From an archaeon (GTDB lineage Archaea > Nanobdellota > Nanobdellia > Pacearchaeales > GW2011-AR1), in contig JBDRNU010000007.1 in NCBI GenBank assembly GCA_043810775.1, positions 5,050-69,049 on the forward strand: a stretch of 64,000 nt of DNA. Reading direction: 5' to 3'. Positions within the stretch are counted from its first letter, which is position 1. Each line of letters opens with the position of its first letter. The position numbers were made by a program, and so were the translations under genes. The notes below the pieces were generated by a model that saw only the letters and a program-made list of their open reading frames with translations, did no database searches and had not been told where the DNA came from. Shown here in pieces: positions 26,789 to 35,777 of this stretch.

Positions 26789-27331
26789 CTACCCATTAGA
26801 AATCCTCAGGTTTTTACCGCATTCAAATAATCTTCCAACAACTCCTTGTTTTCCAAAATACTCAAAATAATCATGAAATAACCAATCAGTTTCTCCCTCG
26901 TTTTTCACTATTGATTTAACTTCTCCAATAAATAAATCATGGTCACCTAGTTCAAGTATCTCTGTTAATTCACACTCTACACTCAGTGGAGACTCTTTAA
27001 TTAGAGGAACTCCAGTAATTCCTTTTTGTTTTGTGAATTTAGTCACCTCAAACTTATTTACATCTCTTCCAGAAACTAAACCGCAATAATCAGTTTCCTT
27101 AACATAATCTGCCCCCATATAATTAATTCCAAATTTTCTTTGCTCGCTTATTAATTTATTACTATGTCTTGAAGGTCTAATTCCAATATACATTAATCTA
27201 TCTGATAATTGTCCAACATAACTTATAGTTATAATATTTGGTTCTTCATAAGTTCCACAAGTAACTAGTGTCACTGGTTTAGGACCAGGAATTACCCCTA
27301 ATCTTAACTCCTGAGGATTTATTATCTTCAT
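26789..27331 (-). CDS. Flavin reductase-like FMN-binding protein (flavoredoxin family)
   Basis: Track ORF is 26789..27370. The probable start is ATG 27331, forming a TAAAATG junction with the upstream radical SAM gene. Motifs: VTLVTCGT...PNIITISY, IGIRPSRHS, DHDLFIGEV. Confidence 0.7.
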   Translation of the reverse strand: MKIINPQELRLGVIPGPKPVTLVTCGTYEEPNIITISYVGQLSDRLMYIGIRPSRHSNKLISEQRKFGINYMGADYVKETDYCGLVSGRDVNKFEVTKFTKQKGITGVPLIKESPLSVECELTEILELGDHDLFIGEVKSIVKNEGETDWLFHDYFEYFGKQGVVGRLFECGKNLRISNG

Positions 27332-27332
27332 T

Positions 27333-28784
27333 TTAAAACCCACTAATAATTCTAGAAGGATCAACACCAAGTTTATCTTTAAAATCTAAAGGAAGTTTGC
27401 TTTCATAAATATCTGCCATAATTGTAACTCTTTCAATATCTAATTCATGCATCTTTTCTCTTGGAATTCCTCCTTCATATTCAAAAACTGGAAAGGTTTC
27501 TCCCTTCCATCCAGAATAATTCCAATCAACAATTTTTAATCCATATTCATCTCTTGAGTTAAATAGAGCAGATCCAGGAGATGGAATAACAATATAACTT
27601 TCAGCATAATCCATTATTCCCTCACTCATTAGTCTGCAAATTGCATCAGTAGTATATCTTTGAGTTGACTCTGATTCGCCAGGAAGCCAAGATAACCAAT
27701 TTCCAAAATATCTCATTCCCTGTTCTTTTACCATTTCTCCTGCTTCTTTAATGACTTTTGCTCTCAGGCCTTTTCTTGCTAAATTTAATACTTTTTGGTC
27801 AGCACTTTCAGCTCCTACCTGCACCTCTTTGCACATTCCAGAGTCTCCTAATTCTTTTAATAATTCAGGTCTTTGTAATATGCTTTCAGCATTTCCCTGA
27901 ACAAAATAAGTAAGCCTTCCCTGAAATCTATCTTTCAGTTCCCTGACTAATTTAGAAGAATGTTCAGGATTTCTGAAAAAGTTTTCATCTCCAATATATA
28001 TAAATTTAGTTCCAAAATCATCTACTAGCTCCTCAACATAGGAAATAATCTTTTCCAAATCTCCCACAAAATGCTTATTCTCTAGCTGATTAATACTTGA
28101 ACAAAAAGTACATGGCTTTGTTTTACCACATCCAAGAGTAGTATAAATTCTTCCAGCAGGAAGAAAATCAACATTCATTAAGCTATTATCTGGTTGTGGA
28201 AAAAGTGAAGGCTCTTCAGTACCTTGAAAATAATCTTCTGGAATATCTCTTTCTGAAACTACTGATTTTTTTACATTTGCTTCAACAATCCAAGGAAGAA
28301 CTTTATGACCTTTGCCACGTGCATAAATATCAATTGGTGAGTCTTCTTTTTCTGTAAATCCACTTGGATGAGGTCCTCCAAGAACTACTGTAAGTTCCGG
28401 GTTAGCTTCTTTCGCCTGAACAGTTAGCTTTTCTGCAAGAGGAACTCCACAAGTATGGCTATAAAAACCTAGAAAATCACTATCTTTTGATTTTTCTAGC
28501 ACACCACTAACAAATTCTTCTTCACTAAGAGTAGCCCAAGGAGCAAAATAATCTACTATATGGTTTCTCTTCTTAAGTATCCCTCCTAAATGTAGCAATC
28601 CTATGTTTTGATTTCCTAAATTAGCATAAAAAGGGAGCTCATCTTGCTTTAGTCCAACACTATTATCTGCAGCACGCGAAGCTAAATAAGCCCTCCAGAA
28701 CCTTTCGTGCTCTGGATGCTGTTTTGTTACAGGGTCCATATTTGCAACAAGCAATACTTTTTTACTCTTATTTGTCATTTTCAT
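27333..28784 (-). CDS. B12-binding-domain radical SAM protein
   Basis: 483 aa. N-terminal cobalamin-binding-like domain (KKVLLVANM..., VVLGGPHPSGF). Cys cluster TTLGCGKTKPCTFCSS. Radical SAM core (FIYIGDENFF). Confidence 0.8.
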   Translation of the reverse strand: MKMTNKSKKVLLVANMDPVTKQHPEHERFWRAYLASRAADNSVGLKQDELPFYANLGNQNIGLLHLGGILKKRNHIVDYFAPWATLSEEEFVSGVLEKSKDSDFLGFYSHTCGVPLAEKLTVQAKEANPELTVVLGGPHPSGFTEKEDSPIDIYARGKGHKVLPWIVEANVKKSVVSERDIPEDYFQGTEEPSLFPQPDNSLMNVDFLPAGRIYTTLGCGKTKPCTFCSSINQLENKHFVGDLEKIISYVEELVDDFGTKFIYIGDENFFRNPEHSSKLVRELKDRFQGRLTYFVQGNAESILQRPELLKELGDSGMCKEVQVGAESADQKVLNLARKGLRAKVIKEAGEMVKEQGMRYFGNWLSWLPGESESTQRYTTDAICRLMSEGIMDYAESYIVIPSPGSALFNSRDEYGLKIVDWNYSGWKGETFPVFEYEGGIPREKMHELDIERVTIMADIYESKLPLDFKDKLGVDPSRIISGF

Positions 28785-28799
28785 GTTATTTTTTTAAGA

Positions 28800-29294
28800 T
28801 CATTTAATTAAAGATGCGAGATTTCTCCAACTATCTGCCCATGTGCTGAGAGATTCTCCCAATTCCCTAACCCTTCTAAGCTCTGATGCCCCTCTTGGCC
28901 CATACATTTGATAAATAAAATTCATATGCATTTTCCCGCGATAATCTTTCCTATCTTGGTACCATTTTCTAGGTTTAGTTTTTTTATAGAGATCTCCATC
29001 TGGAAGATTGATAGCTAAGTAATACAATGCTTTTCTCAGATGAAATTCAGTATCTGCTTCTCCTAATTTTGGCCTTAAAGGCCATCTAACAGGAGATGTT
29101 AAGGAATATACCAGTTTATGACAGATTCTTTTTAATAAAGGAGTCTCAACTAACCATTGTTTATGAATTTTTTCAGCTTCTTCAGCTTCTTCAGCAACTC
29201 TAGCTATCTGTTTCTCTTGCATTTCTTCATGCCATTCTCTGAGTTCGGGAGTTATAGGTCCATAGTAATTATCCATTTTCTCAATAAATATCAT
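28800..29294 (-). CDS. Hypothetical protein (first gene of the radical SAM operon)
   Basis: 164 aa. 15-nt spacer to the radical SAM gene. No motif recognised. Confidence 0.55.
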   Translation of the reverse strand: MIFIEKMDNYYGPITPELREWHEEMQEKQIARVAEEAEEAEKIHKQWLVETPLLKRICHKLVYSLTSPVRWPLRPKLGEADTEFHLRKALYYLAINLPDGDLYKKTKPRKWYQDRKDYRGKMHMNFIYQMYGPRGASELRRVRELGESLSTWADSWRNLASLIK

Positions 29295-29396
29295 AATTTA
29301 TTACTCCATAGTTAATAATAAACTATATTTAAAATAATATAACTCATAATTTTTAAAAATAGTAAGATTTATAAGTAAAATATACTATTAATTCTA

Positions 29397-30371
29397 ATGG
29401 GACATAAATCTAAGCTTGATAAAAAAGATAAGCAAATATTATTTGAACTAGATTTAAATGCAAAAATTCCGCTGACTCAGCTTGCAAAAAAAATCAATCT
29501 TTCTCCTCAGACAACTAAATACAGGATTCAGCAACTTGAAAAAAAAGGTATAATTAGGGGATATGTCACTTTTTTTGATGTTTCTAAATTTGGATATTTA
29601 TATTATAGATTATACATCAGATATGAAAATGTATCTTTAGAAGATGAGAAAAAAATAATTGAATATTTTAAAAAGCATTCAAATGTGGTCTGGTTTATTT
29701 CTACATCAGGAAGATATGACTTAGAGGTTTTATTTACAGCAAGAAATTTTATTCATTTTGATGCAATGCTCAAAAAAATTTATAAAAGATTTCCAGGAAA
29801 GCTACATAACAATGTCACTTCTGTATCAATTAAAAACTATCATCATCTTAGAGGATATCTTTTAAATAAAAAAACAGAGCTCCAACTTAGTATTGGTGGA
29901 GAGCCAGTTTTTGAGAAAATTGACAAAATTGATGAAAAAATCATAAAAATAATAAATCAAAATGCAAAACTCACAAATGCAGAAATTGGAAATAAACTAA
30001 ATTTAAATTACAAAACAATTCAAAATAGAATAAAAAAAATTGAGGAAAAAGGAATTATACAAGCTTATAGAACTTGGATTGACTACCAAAAAATAGGTTC
30101 AACATACTATAAAGCTTTAATTACTTTGAGAAAATTCTCAGATGAAGAAGAAAAAAAGATATTAGAATTTGCAAAACAACACCCAAATATAATTTATATT
30201 ATAACTTGTGTATGGCCTTGGGATATTGAAATAGAAGTTGAATGTGAAAAACATGAAACATTCCTTGATATACTTAAGGAATTTAGGGAAAAAATGGGAA
30301 ATCTTATTGTTGATTATGAATCTCTGACTGTAACAAAAGAACACAAGCTTAACTATTATCCTGTGATATAA
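29397..30371 (+). CDS. Lrp/AsnC-family transcription regulator, covalent tandem duplication (two HTH + two effector domains)
   Basis: 324 aa. Two full units: LDKKDKQILFELDLNAKIPLTQLAKKINLSPQTTKYRIQQLEKKGIIRGY and IDEKIIKIINQNAKLTNAEIGNKLNLNYKTIQNRIKKIEEKGIIQAY. Confidence 0.85.
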   Translation: MGHKSKLDKKDKQILFELDLNAKIPLTQLAKKINLSPQTTKYRIQQLEKKGIIRGYVTFFDVSKFGYLYYRLYIRYENVSLEDEKKIIEYFKKHSNVVWFISTSGRYDLEVLFTARNFIHFDAMLKKIYKRFPGKLHNNVTSVSIKNYHHLRGYLLNKKTELQLSIGGEPVFEKIDKIDEKIIKIINQNAKLTNAEIGNKLNLNYKTIQNRIKKIEEKGIIQAYRTWIDYQKIGSTYYKALITLRKFSDEEEKKILEFAKQHPNIIYIITCVWPWDIEIEVECEKHETFLDILKEFREKMGNLIVDYESLTVTKEHKLNYYPVI

Positions 30372-30430
30372 GAATTTATCGCTATATTTAAAAACATCTC
30401 CCTCTAAATATAATAGAGGAAAAAGAGAAA

Positions 30431-31816
30431 ATGACAGCAAGTGTAACAAAGATAATATCTGAAATATCAAAATATAATAAGGAGCCTTTAGAAGAGCATA
30501 AGCTTCGCTATGATTCTTCTTCTGAAACCTTGGAGCCGGTATATTTCTGGATTTTAGATAAAATGAATGATGATTTTGATGAAGTTGAAAAGCTGGTGGA
30601 TAACTTCACTTCCTCCCCGGGAAGCGGGCATTTTTCTGAGCTAATGGGAAAATCAACACACATGCAAAAAGAAGCAATGACCACCATGTCTACAATCAAC
30701 ACACTAATTAGAAGCATAATTAATATTATTTATGATTTAAAGGAATTTAAAATAAGGTTAGGTTATTATGATGCAGCAAACTCGAAAAATGAATCAGAAG
30801 CTCAAGCAGGAGTTCTTGGTTTAAAGCAGCTCTGGATGGATAATGTAGATATGAAAAGGGGAAATACTGCACTAAAAGCAATGGCAGCACAGTTTTCCTA
30901 TGTAACTGTAATTGACGCATTTATGGCTGCAAAATCAGCTGACGATGTTGATAAAATGGACCTAAATGACCGAGTTAAGAGATTTATAAAGCCAAGAATT
31001 CACGAATTTTTTGACTGGAAAAAGCGTTCAGAATCAGAACTCAAAAAAAGATACGAAATTGAAAAAACATATCTTAAAAGCCAGGTAAATTCTCTTAAAT
31101 TATATTCAAGGTGGGTAAAGCCTTACCTCAAAGCATCATCTCAGCTTGAAATGTCAGACCAAGAAAATCCAGCCCTGGTCACAGCTTTTAATACAATTGT
31201 TTTTCAGCTAACACTAATTGGGAAAAAACCTATTAAAGTTGACCAGTCAATCGTAGATGACGACCTTCCAAGAGCTTTCAAAAATGTAAAACTAAAAAGG
31301 AAATACTATTCATGTGTTTTAGTTGATTTTAATTTTAGGGGAATTCCTCAAAAAGCCGGACAGCACTATGTCTTTGGAGGGCGAGCTGAAGTTACTTTTA
31401 GAGGATATACACTGAATGACGACGAAATTAAAATGCTAAAACAGAAATTAGATGATTCTGACTTGCAAGAAGGGCTAAGATTAGCTGAAGGAGCAACTAG
31501 CGAATCTCTGGACCAATTACAAGAAGATATCGAAAAATTTATTGAGGAAGATTTTGAGGATAAAAAAGAAAAAAAATCCAGTGATGATACTGACCCATTT
31601 TCAGCTTTATTTTCAGGTCTATTCAAAAAATCAGGCAAAGAAGAAAAGAAAATAGATTCAGGAAAGATTGACAAAGTAAAGCCTGATAATCATGTTGAAA
31701 GCATAATCAGAATTCTTGCTGAAAAAAAAGTCAAAGACCAGTGTTTTGGCTTATTTAATAACTATAAAAAAGCCCATAATATGGCAAACTATCCTACTCC
31801 TTATGATTCCACCTAA
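30431..31816 (+). CDS. Hypothetical protein, largely helical with an acidic C-terminal region
   Basis: 461 aa. No motif recognised. The 3' end is duplicated downstream (see the repeat at 31782-31947). Confidence 0.65.
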   Translation: MTASVTKIISEISKYNKEPLEEHKLRYDSSSETLEPVYFWILDKMNDDFDEVEKLVDNFTSSPGSGHFSELMGKSTHMQKEAMTTMSTINTLIRSIINIIYDLKEFKIRLGYYDAANSKNESEAQAGVLGLKQLWMDNVDMKRGNTALKAMAAQFSYVTVIDAFMAAKSADDVDKMDLNDRVKRFIKPRIHEFFDWKKRSESELKKRYEIEKTYLKSQVNSLKLYSRWVKPYLKASSQLEMSDQENPALVTAFNTIVFQLTLIGKKPIKVDQSIVDDDLPRAFKNVKLKRKYYSCVLVDFNFRGIPQKAGQHYVFGGRAEVTFRGYTLNDDEIKMLKQKLDDSDLQEGLRLAEGATSESLDQLQEDIEKFIEEDFEDKKEKKSSDDTDPFSALFSGLFKKSGKEEKKIDSGKIDKVKPDNHVESIIRILAEKKVKDQCFGLFNNYKKAHNMANYPTPYDST

Positions 31817-31947
31817 TCCATATAAGTAGTTTGCCGTTAACCAGACTCATTGCAGTAAGTTAACATGGTGAGCTGTAAGCTCGCGTTTGCCAAGCTTATT
31901 TTAAGCTTGACTTGGCAGACTATCCTACTCCTTATGAGTAGTTTGCC
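31782..31947 (+). repeat. Duplicated gene 3' end (25-nt direct repeat, 24/25 identical, 131-bp period) enclosing a hairpin-rich GC-enriched spacer
   Basis: TGGCA[A/G]ACTATCCTACTCCTTATGA at 31782-31806 and 31913-31937. GTAGTTTGCC at 31826-31835 and 31938-47 is complementary to the start of each repeat. Internal hairpins: GTTAAC...GTTAAC, GAGCT-GTA-AGCTC, GCCAAG...CTTGGC. Confidence 0.75.
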
Positions 31948-31995
31948 CTCGGTTAAATTCATTAAACTTATAAATTCTTGATTCCTAGTATTCTT

Positions 31996-32508
31996 ATGGC
32001 TAGAAAAGTAATTCGCGAGTTGCGGGAAGAAAAGTTTAAGAAAGTTAAGGAAATAAAAAAGAAAGAGGAGTCACTCGAAGATATAAAAGACAGCCAGGAT
32101 GTAAAAGAATTTGATAATTTTTTCAGCTCATCAGGAGAAACAGCTCCCTCACTAAAGCCTTCAGATCGAGCTCAGCAGGCTCAAACACCTGTTCTTGAAG
32201 ATACAGCTGGCAATGCTCCTTCAGAAAAAAAAGAGAAAGAACAAGTAACCTATGCAGGAGCTGTCAATGCTCCTGAATACGGCAATGTATACGAGCAAAT
32301 ATCTCAGAGAGTCGAAAACAGGCGAACAGATTCTCAAGTAGATATAACTCGTGCTCAAAGAATGAGTATGGAGCCAAGGTTTACAAGCGAACAGGAAATT
32401 AATTTTGCAAACTGGCAGCGGGAAAATCTCGAGAGAAAAGATTCTAGTAATGACTATCAGATAGGTAAAATAAGAAAAAGAAAGCGTGATGATGAGCCAT
32501 TTGACTGA
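31996..32508 (+). CDS. Hypothetical acidic, probably disordered protein
   Basis: Track ORF begins at TTG 31978. The first ATG is at 31996 (MARKVIRELREEKF...). Confidence 0.5.
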   Translation: MARKVIRELREEKFKKVKEIKKKEESLEDIKDSQDVKEFDNFFSSSGETAPSLKPSDRAQQAQTPVLEDTAGNAPSEKKEKEQVTYAGAVNAPEYGNVYEQISQRVENRRTDSQVDITRAQRMSMEPRFTSEQEINFANWQRENLERKDSSNDYQIGKIRKRKRDDEPFD

Positions 32509-32573
32509 TAAGTATATTTTTAAACTAATTTAACTAAATAATACAGATTAAAAGAGGGAAATAAAAGAGAAAA

Positions 32574-34397
32574 ATGGTTGAAAATTATGAGTATTTTTAT
32601 ACTGGGACAAAGTATAGTTTAGAGCCTACTTATGGTAATGTTTTTACTGGATATAGGTCTCCAGCTGCATATATAGGAGGCACTACTTCAGTTCAGACAG
32701 CTAATCAGCTTAAGGAAGTTTCAAATCTGCTAAATACAGGTATGAAAGTAATTGAAGTTTCACAAATTCAGCCAGAAGTATTTGAGTCAATCCCCAAACA
32801 GCATTTAGAAGAAGTTAATCGTCTTTCAAAGCTTACAGGAGCTCAAGTTTCAGTTCACGCCCCAATAGTTGAGCCTTCTGGCTTCACTCAGCAAGGATGG
32901 AGTGAACAAAACAGGTTTCAGGCAGAAACACAGATGAAGGATACTGTGTTAAGGTCTCATGCAATGAATCCTGATGGAGTAATGCCAGTGACTTTTCACG
33001 CTTCAGCTATTCCAGGAACAGAAACAGTTCCAGTACATCTTATAAAAGACATACAGCCTGATGAAATACAAATTGCAGAAAAGTTAGGAGGAGTCCCTAC
33101 AACTCTTGTCGCAGTTAACCGGGAAACTGGTGAGTTCGTCCCTCTAAGAAGGGAAAAACAAGTTCATCCTGCTACAGGAGAGTCAGTATGGACAGCTGAA
33201 AAACGTCTTGAAGCGCTAAATCATACTCAATGGCTAAAGGATATAAGAAATATTGCTTTTTACAAAAAAGAGTCTGACGAGGTTCTTGGAAATGTTCAGG
33301 CCCAGCTTCACCCATTTTTAGAAAAAATCCAAAAAGGCAACTTAACAAAAGAAGAATATTATGAATTATACAGCAGATATCAACCTCAACTAAGCCAAAT
33401 AAGAAGAGTTGATTTATTTTTAGATAATGTAGATAATTCATTTCGTGAATTATACGAGAAAGCTGCAAAATACGGCAATGATGAAACAAAAGAAGTATGC
33501 AGAGATATTTCAAAAGAATGGCAAGAACATTTAGATGAGAGGAGAAAAGGTATGGATCCTGCTCAGGCTGTTATAAGGAGATCCCATCTTTTAGATTACT
33601 CTATGGACAAGCTTCAGGCAGTGACAAATCAAACAGAAGAGCCTCAAGTATTTATTCCAATTGAGCAGTTTGCAATTGAAAAAGCAGGAGATACCTTTTC
33701 AAATGTTGCTCTTGAAGCTTACAAAAAATACGGTGAAAAAGCTCCAATAATCAGTATTGAAAATCCTCCTTACGGAACTGCTCTATCAACTGGTCACGAG
33801 CTTAAGAAACTAATTGAAGCAACTAGAGATAAATTTGTAGAAAAAGCAGTAAAGCAGGGTATGGGTAGGGGAGAAGCTCAAAATGCAGCCAAAAAACTTA
33901 TCGGAGCTACCTGGGATACTTCCCATATAAGTATGATGAGGAAAATGGGCTATGATGAAAAAGCCTTGATTGAAGAATCACGTCAAATTGCTCCTTTTGT
34001 CAAGCATGTTCATTTAAATGATAATTTTGGTCATACACATACTGACCTTCCTCCTGGAATGGGAAATGTTCCTATCAAGGAAATCTTGGAAGAGTTTGAG
34101 AGAAAAGGAGTAAAAGCTAATAAAATTGTGGAAGGTGGAAATTTCTTCCAGCACTTCCAGATGGGGCCTCATTCAATTGCTTTAGAAGCAATGGGCTCTC
34201 CCTTATATTCAATGGTAGCTCAGCCAGGTTGGAATCAGGTATCCCAGATTTATGGAAATTATTTTACAGGATATGGTAGAGTCATGCCAGAACAGCATTT
34301 TAATTTATACGGTGGAGGTTGGACCACTCTTCCAGTAGAGCTTGGCGGTCAGGTGCAAGGAGCACAGTCACGCTTTTCAGGAACTCCAACAGAATAA
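32574..34397 (+). CDS. Xylose-isomerase-like/AP-endonuclease-2-like TIM-barrel protein with a large internal insertion
   Basis: 607 aa. N-terminal barrel strands (MKVIEVSQ..., AQVSVHAPIVEPSGF). C-terminal metal-site-like motifs (GATWDTSHI, VKHVHLNDNFGHTHTDLPPGMGNVPI). These are separated by about 250 aa of helical sequence. Confidence 0.55.
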   Translation: MVENYEYFYTGTKYSLEPTYGNVFTGYRSPAAYIGGTTSVQTANQLKEVSNLLNTGMKVIEVSQIQPEVFESIPKQHLEEVNRLSKLTGAQVSVHAPIVEPSGFTQQGWSEQNRFQAETQMKDTVLRSHAMNPDGVMPVTFHASAIPGTETVPVHLIKDIQPDEIQIAEKLGGVPTTLVAVNRETGEFVPLRREKQVHPATGESVWTAEKRLEALNHTQWLKDIRNIAFYKKESDEVLGNVQAQLHPFLEKIQKGNLTKEEYYELYSRYQPQLSQIRRVDLFLDNVDNSFRELYEKAAKYGNDETKEVCRDISKEWQEHLDERRKGMDPAQAVIRRSHLLDYSMDKLQAVTNQTEEPQVFIPIEQFAIEKAGDTFSNVALEAYKKYGEKAPIISIENPPYGTALSTGHELKKLIEATRDKFVEKAVKQGMGRGEAQNAAKKLIGATWDTSHISMMRKMGYDEKALIEESRQIAPFVKHVHLNDNFGHTHTDLPPGMGNVPIKEILEEFERKGVKANKIVEGGNFFQHFQMGPHSIALEAMGSPLYSMVAQPGWNQVSQIYGNYFTGYGRVMPEQHFNLYGGGWTTLPVELGGQVQGAQSRFSGTPTE

Positions 34398-34445
34398 GAA
34401 GCTTTTTAAATATAGCTCAATTAATTAAAATATTATTAAAAAAAG

Positions 34446-35771
34446 ATGGTGGAAAAAGACGAATTTCCAGATTTTGAAAAACTTTCTCAAGGTAAGTCTG
34501 AAAAGAAAGCAAAGCCAGCTCCAGCTGTAAGCAGGAATTTAGATTCTCCTTTAGATTTGCCTGTTTTTGGAGGTGCGAAAAAATCAGCTCCAGAGTCTAA
34601 ACCTCCTGCCCCGCCAAAACCAATTCCTCCTGTTCCTAAGCCAAAAAAAGTTAAAGTTAAAAAGGAAAAGCCTAAGAAAAAAGTAAAGAAAGTGCATAAA
34701 GTTAAGATAAAAAAAGCCAAAGTTAAAAAACCTAAAGCTAAGAAAGTAAAAAAAGAGCATAAGAAAGCTCAAGTTAAAAAAGAAATTCCAAAGCCAGCAA
34801 GTCCTCAAATTCAAGCTCCAAGTTTTCCAGAAGAAGCTCAGCAAGAAGTCCAAAAAGCAACTCCAAAAATTGAAGATAATAAGGTGAAAATTAGTCAAGT
34901 TCCAAAACCAGTTGCTCCAATCCTCCCAGTAGAGTTCGGAGCAATAAAAAAATCAGTTCAAAAAATAAAACAAGTTCCTTCTAAATATCCTTCACTTAAG
35001 CTGGTAGATGAAAGAGAAATTGCTATGGATTTTGCAGCAAAGGTTTACGAAAGATATGACAAGCTGATTAAATCAGTTGTATTATTTGGAAGCCAGAATA
35101 AAGATACAGCTACAACCACTTCAGATATTGATATTATAATAATAGTTGATGATGCTTCAATAAAATGGGACGACGAGCTTGTAGCCTGGTATCGTGAAGA
35201 GCTTGGGAAAATAATTCAGACAAATCCATACAGAAAAAGTCTTCATATAAATTCTGTTAGGCTGACTACCTGGTGGCAGGATATGATAATGGGGGATCCA
35301 ATAGTCATAAATGTATTAAGATATGGTGAATCTCTAATTGATTTTGGAGGATTTTTTAATCCTCTTAAAGTCTTATTGCAATCTGGAAGAATAAAATCAA
35401 CTCCTGAAGCAATTTATTCTGCTCTTCAGCGAGCTCCATTGCATTTATCAAGAAGCCGCGTTTCAAAGCTTTCATCAATTGAAGGAATCTACTGGGCAAT
35501 GGTAGATTCAGCTCATGCATTGCTCATGGCAGCAAAACAAGTTCCTCCAAGCCCAGAGCACGTGCCTATTATGTTAAAAGAAATTTTCGTAGATACTAAG
35601 CAGCTTAAGATTAAGTATGTAGTCTGGTATAGGGACATCTACCTCCTTCATAGGAAAATAGTTCACGGAATTCTTACTGAAATAAAAGGCGAAGAAATTG
35701 ATGAGTGGCAGGCCAAAGCTGATGAGTTCATGAGAGTAATGACTGCTTTAGTAAAAAGATTAGTAGAATAA
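34446..35771 (+). CDS. Nucleotidyltransferase-domain protein with a Pro/Lys-rich N-terminal extension and a helical C-terminal domain
   Basis: 441 aa. Pol-beta-type NTase motif VVLFGSQNKDTATTTSDIDIIIIVDD. N-terminal PPAPPKPIPPVPKPKKVKVKKEKPKKK. Paralog of 43296..45083. Confidence 0.7.
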   Translation: MVEKDEFPDFEKLSQGKSEKKAKPAPAVSRNLDSPLDLPVFGGAKKSAPESKPPAPPKPIPPVPKPKKVKVKKEKPKKKVKKVHKVKIKKAKVKKPKAKKVKKEHKKAQVKKEIPKPASPQIQAPSFPEEAQQEVQKATPKIEDNKVKISQVPKPVAPILPVEFGAIKKSVQKIKQVPSKYPSLKLVDEREIAMDFAAKVYERYDKLIKSVVLFGSQNKDTATTTSDIDIIIIVDDASIKWDDELVAWYREELGKIIQTNPYRKSLHINSVRLTTWWQDMIMGDPIVINVLRYGESLIDFGGFFNPLKVLLQSGRIKSTPEAIYSALQRAPLHLSRSRVSKLSSIEGIYWAMVDSAHALLMAAKQVPPSPEHVPIMLKEIFVDTKQLKIKYVVWYRDIYLLHRKIVHGILTEIKGEEIDEWQAKADEFMRVMTALVKRLVE

Positions 35772-35777
35772 ATGAAT

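Noticed and set aside
31782-31937. Diversity-generating retroelement (template/variable repeat) interpretation of the 25-nt duplicate with an A/G difference
   Set aside because: The repeat is far too short. There is only one difference, and its direction (A in the coding copy, G in the non-coding copy) is opposite to adenine-specific mutagenesis. No reverse transcriptase ORF (YxDD motif) is present anywhere in the window.
34487-34898. Minus-strand ORFs 34487..34720 and 34584..34898
   Set aside because: They are antisense to the lysine/proline-rich repeat region of the 441-aa gene. Their phenylalanine-rich translations are the complement of poly-Lys codons.
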